Assembly (NCBI GenBank): GCA_965205865.1
Contig: CBDBHR010000028.1
Span: 512,001 to 576,000, forward strand
Source of the DNA: a bacterium
Lineage (GTDB): Bacteria; SAR324; NAC60-12
Direction: 5' to 3'
DNA: 64,000 nucleotides
The notes below the pieces were generated by a model. That model was not told the DNA's origin. It saw only the letters and a list, made by a program, of their open reading frames with translations, and did no database searches. Positions 59,804 through 64,000 of this stretch are shown here, piece after piece. The translations under genes were made by a program, and so were the position numbers. How positions within the stretch are numbered: position 1 is the stretch's first letter; every line of letters begins with the position of its first letter.

Positions 59804-61060
59804 TCAGTCCAGCAAGCTCGCGAATTCACGACGCAGCAGATCCAGCGATTCCGCAGTCCCCATACGTTGGATGCGTATTGGGTCGCCAAAAGTAAGCAAT
59901 TGGCGTTGACGTGTCTTGTGAGGAGTGGCGAGAGCTACAAATACGATACCGGTATTTCGGTCGCCGGCACCTTTTTTAATCTTTCCAATGCCAGTCGTTG
60001 CCAAACCATAAGTCGCCCCACTGCGTCTGCGAATGGACTGGGCCAGAGCACAGGCCACTGGAGCGGAAACCGGCCCATGTTCAAATAAGAGATGTTCAGA
60101 AACCCCGAATTCATACAAAGAATCATGGGGGCCCAAGACAAGCGACTGGGCAAGCCAGTCAGACTGGGCATTGAAGGCGCTACAAGTGGCTGTCAAGTGG
60201 CCTCCGGTACTGATTTCCAGCAGGGCAATCCGTTCTTGGCGATTTAGCAACTGTCGCGCGACCACTTCCACGAGGCTTCCTCCAGGCTCTGCCAATCCTT
60301 CAGTGGCAAAAATAGAATTTCCAATGCGAGCTGCAACGTCCCGGACAACGGCCTGCAGTTCGTTATCCGGAAAATCGCCGGGAAAACGCAATTTGACTTG
60401 GTTTTCCGGATGCATGGTCCGAAAACTGAGCGTCACCCTAGGGTGGTTGAAGGAACCTATCTGTTCCTGCAGGGTGGACTCGCCAATGCCCACGGTACGA
60501 AAGGTAATCAGACGGCTGGGCTCGAGTTGGAATCGCTTGTACAGTAAAGGTTCCACGCGATGTGGGATCATTTGTTTCATCTCGCGCGGCACTCCCGGTA
60601 AAAAGGCCAACCAGGAATGTCCTTGCTCGATTGCAAAACCGGGTGCCGTTCCCCAGTGGTTGTCCAATCGGATGGCGCCTCGAGGCAAATATGCCTGCTT
60701 GCGGTTGACATCGGACATAGGACGATTCACCCGTTTGAAAAAACCGGCAATATGTTCCAAAGCAATAGTATCCAGTTGCAAGGGGCGATCAAAGGCTTCC
60801 GCGACTGCTTGTGCCGTCAAATCATCTTCCGTGGGACCCAAGCCTCCGGTGCAGATACAAAGAGAGGATCGCGCTGCAGCGTCGCGGACCAGATCACGAA
60901 TGTCTCCGAGCCGGTCTCCGACCGCAGTATGGCGCAGGACAGTGAATCCCAGTTCAGTCAAGCGTTCCGAAATCCAAGCGGCATTCGTATCCACCGTCTG
61001 TCCGGTGACCACCTCATCTCCCTGTGACAGTATTTCAGCGCTGTGTGCCGTCGTTGTCAT
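59804..61060 (-). CDS. cinA: CinA-like protein (MocF domain plus degenerate PncC domain)
   Basis: GDEVVTGQTVDTNA, TGGLGPTEDDLT, GTAPG, LPGVPREM. Confidence 0.88.
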   Translation of the reverse strand: MTTTAHSAEILSQGDEVVTGQTVDTNAAWISERLTELGFTVLRHTAVGDRLGDIRDLVRDAAARSSLCICTGGLGPTEDDLTAQAVAEAFDRPLQLDTIALEHIAGFFKRVNRPMSDVNRKQAYLPRGAIRLDNHWGTAPGFAIEQGHSWLAFLPGVPREMKQMIPHRVEPLLYKRFQLEPSRLITFRTVGIGESTLQEQIGSFNHPRVTLSFRTMHPENQVKLRFPGDFPDNELQAVVRDVAARIGNSIFATEGLAEPGGSLVEVVARQLLNRQERIALLEISTGGHLTATCSAFNAQSDWLAQSLVLGPHDSLYEFGVSEHLLFEHGPVSAPVACALAQSIRRRSGATYGLATTGIGKIKKGAGDRNTGIVFVALATPHKTRQRQLLTFGDPIRIQRMGTAESLDLLRREFASLLD

Positions 61061-61080
61061 GGTTTCCAATGGCGTTGGCG

Positions 61081-61473
61081 TTAAGCCCAATAATTCAATT
61101 CGACCTTGATCCCGTTGGGATCATGCAGGAAAATCTGATACAATCCCGTTCCAGGTACTTCTCTTTCTTCGAATTCAATAGAATGACGTTTGATACGTTT
61201 ACGCAGTTTGTTGGGCTCTGTGATATTGAAGGCAATGTGATCGACAGCCCCGGAGCCTTTCATTTCTTTAGTATCCTTACGTTTCTTCAAGGTTTTGCGG
61301 TCCACTCCAATCAAGTGTACGACGGGCACTTTTCCTATATAAAGCCAGTAACCGGGAAAATTAAAATCGGGGCGCTTCCCGTCTTTCATTCCCAATACAT
61401 CCACAAAAAAATTACGAGTTTTCTTCAACTCAATAGTACGAATCGAACAATGGTGAAGTACAGTCAGAGGCAT
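61081..61473 (-). CDS. VOC/glyoxalase family protein
   Basis: LHH, FFVDVLG, VDHIAF, DPNGIKVEL. Confidence 0.88.
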   Translation of the reverse strand: MPLTVLHHCSIRTIELKKTRNFFVDVLGMKDGKRPDFNFPGYWLYIGKVPVVHLIGVDRKTLKKRKDTKEMKGSGAVDHIAFNITEPNKLRKRIKRHSIEFEEREVPGTGLYQIFLHDPNGIKVELNYWA

Positions 61474-61638
61474 AGGATTCCTGTTAGAGTAAGGTGAAAG
61501 AAATTTACTTTTTCAAGAAAGTGAAAGATTATAGAGAGCTAGAAGATAACACCACTTCCGCATAAATTTCAACTCGAATTATGACAATAGCGCTGACGCA
61601 TCGATATTAGCTCTTTTATACCTCTTTTCAGCAAGAAA

Positions 61639-63597
61639 ATGCCAAGAATCCGACTTTCTCGAGAAGAGAAAGAGCAAATGGCTGCTCCCCACCTCATGGC
61701 AATTGATAGTAAATTGTTCTGCCAGGGAAATCACCACCAGATTTATCGCAAACTGGGGGCCCACCCCGTCACATTGGAAGGAGTCTCCGGAACGATGTTT
61801 GCCGTTTGGGCTCCCAATGCCAAACAGGTGAGCATCGTTGGTTCCTTCAACCACTGGCACGGTCGCAATCATCCGATGCAAAAGCATGCGGAGGCTGGTA
61901 TTTGGGAATTGTTTATTCCGGAGGCGCAGACAGGAGATTTGTACAAATATCAAATCAAAGCGCCGGATGATCAAATTATCCTCAAATCCGATCCCTTTGG
62001 CTTTGCCATGGAGAAGCGACCTTCCACGGCTTCCATCGTGAGCAACTTGGAAGGATTTGCCTGGCATGATCAGGCTTGGCTTAACAAGCGTGAATCCCAA
62101 GACATTTTAAAGCAACCGATCAATATATACGAAGTTCACCTCGGTTCCTGGAAGCGCGTCCCGGAAGAGGGGAATCGGTTTTTGACTTACACGGAAGCGG
62201 CAGCAGCACTCATCCCCTACGTCAAAGAAATGGGATACACGCACGTCGAATTGTTGCCTGTTGCCGAACATCCCTTGGACGAATCTTGGGGATATCAAGT
62301 GACGGGTTATTATGCCCCAACGTCACGATTCGGAAAACCTCGGGAATTCATGGCTTTTGTCGACCAATGCCACCAGCAAGGGATTGGCGTAATTCTGGAT
62401 TGGGTACCCGGGCACTTCCCCAAAGACGAGCATGGACTGGCACGTTTCGATGGCACTTTTCTTTATGAGCACATGGACGATCGCCGGGGTGAGCATAAGG
62501 AATGGGGAACCTTAACCTTCAACTATGGTCGCCATGAAGTACGAAATTTTCTCATCGCCAATGCCGTTTTTTGGTGTGACATGTACCATATCGATGGTAT
62601 TCGGGTCGACGCTGTGTCGTCAATGCTTTATCTGGATTACAATCGAGAAGCCGGACAATGGCTTCCTAACCGTAATGGAGGTAATGAGCATCTCGAGGCA
62701 ATTGATTTTTTGCGGCAACTCCATAAAGCCCTTTCTCAACGTTTTCCTGGTATACTTTCTATTGCAGAAGAGGACACTGCCTGGCCTGGGGTGAGCCATC
62801 CGACATACGCAGGAGGTCTGGGGTTCAATCTCAAATGGAACATGGGATGGATGAATGACACGTTGCGATATATGGCGTTGGATCCGATTTATCGTAGGTA
62901 TGAGCACCACCTCTTCACTTTTTCATTGGTTTATGCGTTTTCCGAAAATTATGTTCTACCGATTTCACACGACGAAGTTGTACACGGAAAACGTTCCTTG
63001 TTGGACAAAATGCCTGGAGATTCTTGGCAAAAACGGGCTCATTTTCGGCTTTATTTGACTTACCAGATGGCCCACCCCGGGAAGAACCTGCTCTTCATGG
63101 GATCGGAATTCGGACAATGGCAGGAATGGAAAGTATCCGAAAGCCTGGATTGGCACTTGCTGGAAGCTCCGGAGCATCAACATTTGCAGGAATATTGCAA
63201 AACCCTCAACTGGTTTTATCGCACACATCCCGCGCTTTTCAGCAATGACTTCCACAGTACGGGATTCCAGTGGATCGATTTACATAACAACGAGCAGAGT
63301 ATCTTCTCGTTTATGCGTAGAGATGGCGCAGACCCAGCAGAAGCACCTTTGATTTTTGTTTTCAATTTCACCCCAGTGCCCAGAGATCAATACCTGGTGG
63401 GTGCCCCACAAGAGGGACGATACTACAAAATTTTGGACAGCGACAGTGAGCAATTTGGCGGTTCCGGGTACAATCAACAAAAAAAAATATGGGCTGACTC
63501 CACACCGTGGCAGGGGCAATCTTGTCGGATTGCGCTGAAGTTGCCTCCGCTGGGAGCATTGGTACTACAGTGGTTTCAGAAAGGGCAACATCAATAA
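61639..63597 (+). CDS. glgB: 1,4-alpha-glucan branching enzyme (start may be 61678)
   Basis: FAVWAPNA, IYEVHLGSW, SWGYQ, GIRVDAVSSMLY, SHDEVVHGK. Confidence 0.96.
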   Translation: MPRIRLSREEKEQMAAPHLMAIDSKLFCQGNHHQIYRKLGAHPVTLEGVSGTMFAVWAPNAKQVSIVGSFNHWHGRNHPMQKHAEAGIWELFIPEAQTGDLYKYQIKAPDDQIILKSDPFGFAMEKRPSTASIVSNLEGFAWHDQAWLNKRESQDILKQPINIYEVHLGSWKRVPEEGNRFLTYTEAAAALIPYVKEMGYTHVELLPVAEHPLDESWGYQVTGYYAPTSRFGKPREFMAFVDQCHQQGIGVILDWVPGHFPKDEHGLARFDGTFLYEHMDDRRGEHKEWGTLTFNYGRHEVRNFLIANAVFWCDMYHIDGIRVDAVSSMLYLDYNREAGQWLPNRNGGNEHLEAIDFLRQLHKALSQRFPGILSIAEEDTAWPGVSHPTYAGGLGFNLKWNMGWMNDTLRYMALDPIYRRYEHHLFTFSLVYAFSENYVLPISHDEVVHGKRSLLDKMPGDSWQKRAHFRLYLTYQMAHPGKNLLFMGSEFGQWQEWKVSESLDWHLLEAPEHQHLQEYCKTLNWFYRTHPALFSNDFHSTGFQWIDLHNNEQSIFSFMRRDGADPAEAPLIFVFNFTPVPRDQYLVGAPQEGRYYKILDSDSEQFGGSGYNQQKKIWADSTPWQGQSCRIALKLPPLGALVLQWFQKGQHQ

Positions 63598-63622
63598 GAA
63601 TGGCGTCCTCAACGATTTCAGA

Positions 63623-64000
63623 ATGATTGTAAGAATGAGAATCAAATTATTTTTTTCGCTTGTTATACCAATAATATTCTTCATATTTTTGGCAACGCTG
63701 TTTGCTCAGACGCAATCCATTGAAATTCCGTATTATATCGGCAACGCCTTTGATCAACGATCCAAACAACTGCTTTATGTCGAGGAGTTCCAGGAAATTC
63801 CCGATGATCAACAAAATCGTTCTGCTCAGGTCATTTATCAAACCCCGGATGGGAAAATAATTGCGCAAAAAGACCTTCTATTTCACGAAAATCTTTTGAT
63901 TCCCGAATACCGCTTGGAAGATTTTCGCGATGGTTATCTGGAAGGAGCCTCCATTTCCGATGATTCTGTCACAGTATACTGGCGTGAAAACCGCGAAGCG
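63623..64000 (+). CDS. Exported hypothetical protein, runs off the window
   Basis: Open frame MIVRMRIKLFFSLVIPIIFFIFLATLFAQ... to the end of the window; signal-peptide-like N-terminus. Confidence 0.65.
   Translation, partial: MIVRMRIKLFFSLVIPIIFFIFLATLFAQTQSIEIPYYIGNAFDQRSKQLLYVEEFQEIPDDQQNRSAQVIYQTPDGKIIAQKDLLFHENLLIPEYRLEDFRDGYLEGASISDDSVTVYWRENREA

Overview
Bacterial chromosome segment, about 45% GC by eye. Gene content and style suggest a marine deltaproteobacterium such as SAR324 (inference, not tested). Core-like genes are hrpA, an NtrB-like kinase, an NFACT/RqcH protein, tRNA-Gly, an Fe3+ ABC transporter, thpR, apaG, mdh, sucCD, hsp20 with a perfect CIRCE, dus, ftsB, sfsA, cinA and glgB. 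A patchwork accessory region (about 15.7-39.5 kb) holds peptide-type ABC components, CoA-transferases, SDRs, a Baeyer-Villiger monooxygenase, a vanadium-haloperoxidase-like protein, toxin-antitoxin modules and a very GC-rich foreign gene. Main observations: (1) an integron-type cassette bounded by two attC-like sites, with no integrase in the window, carries a translationally coupled pair of small PD-(D/E)XK/DUF4365-like nuclease genes and is a candidate two-gene defence system; (2) a 721-aa protein combines two RNA-polymerase alpha-CTD copies with a sigma70 region-4 HTH, in a decayed defence-like locus; (3) there are at least four families of short non-autonomous elements (MITEs), three with readable target-site duplications, and one family has rewritten the C-termini of two genes to the same GMKFK* tail; (4) many local tandem micro-duplications occur, some frameshifting genes, and these may be biological or assembly artefacts. 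All calls come from reading the sequence; no searches were run.
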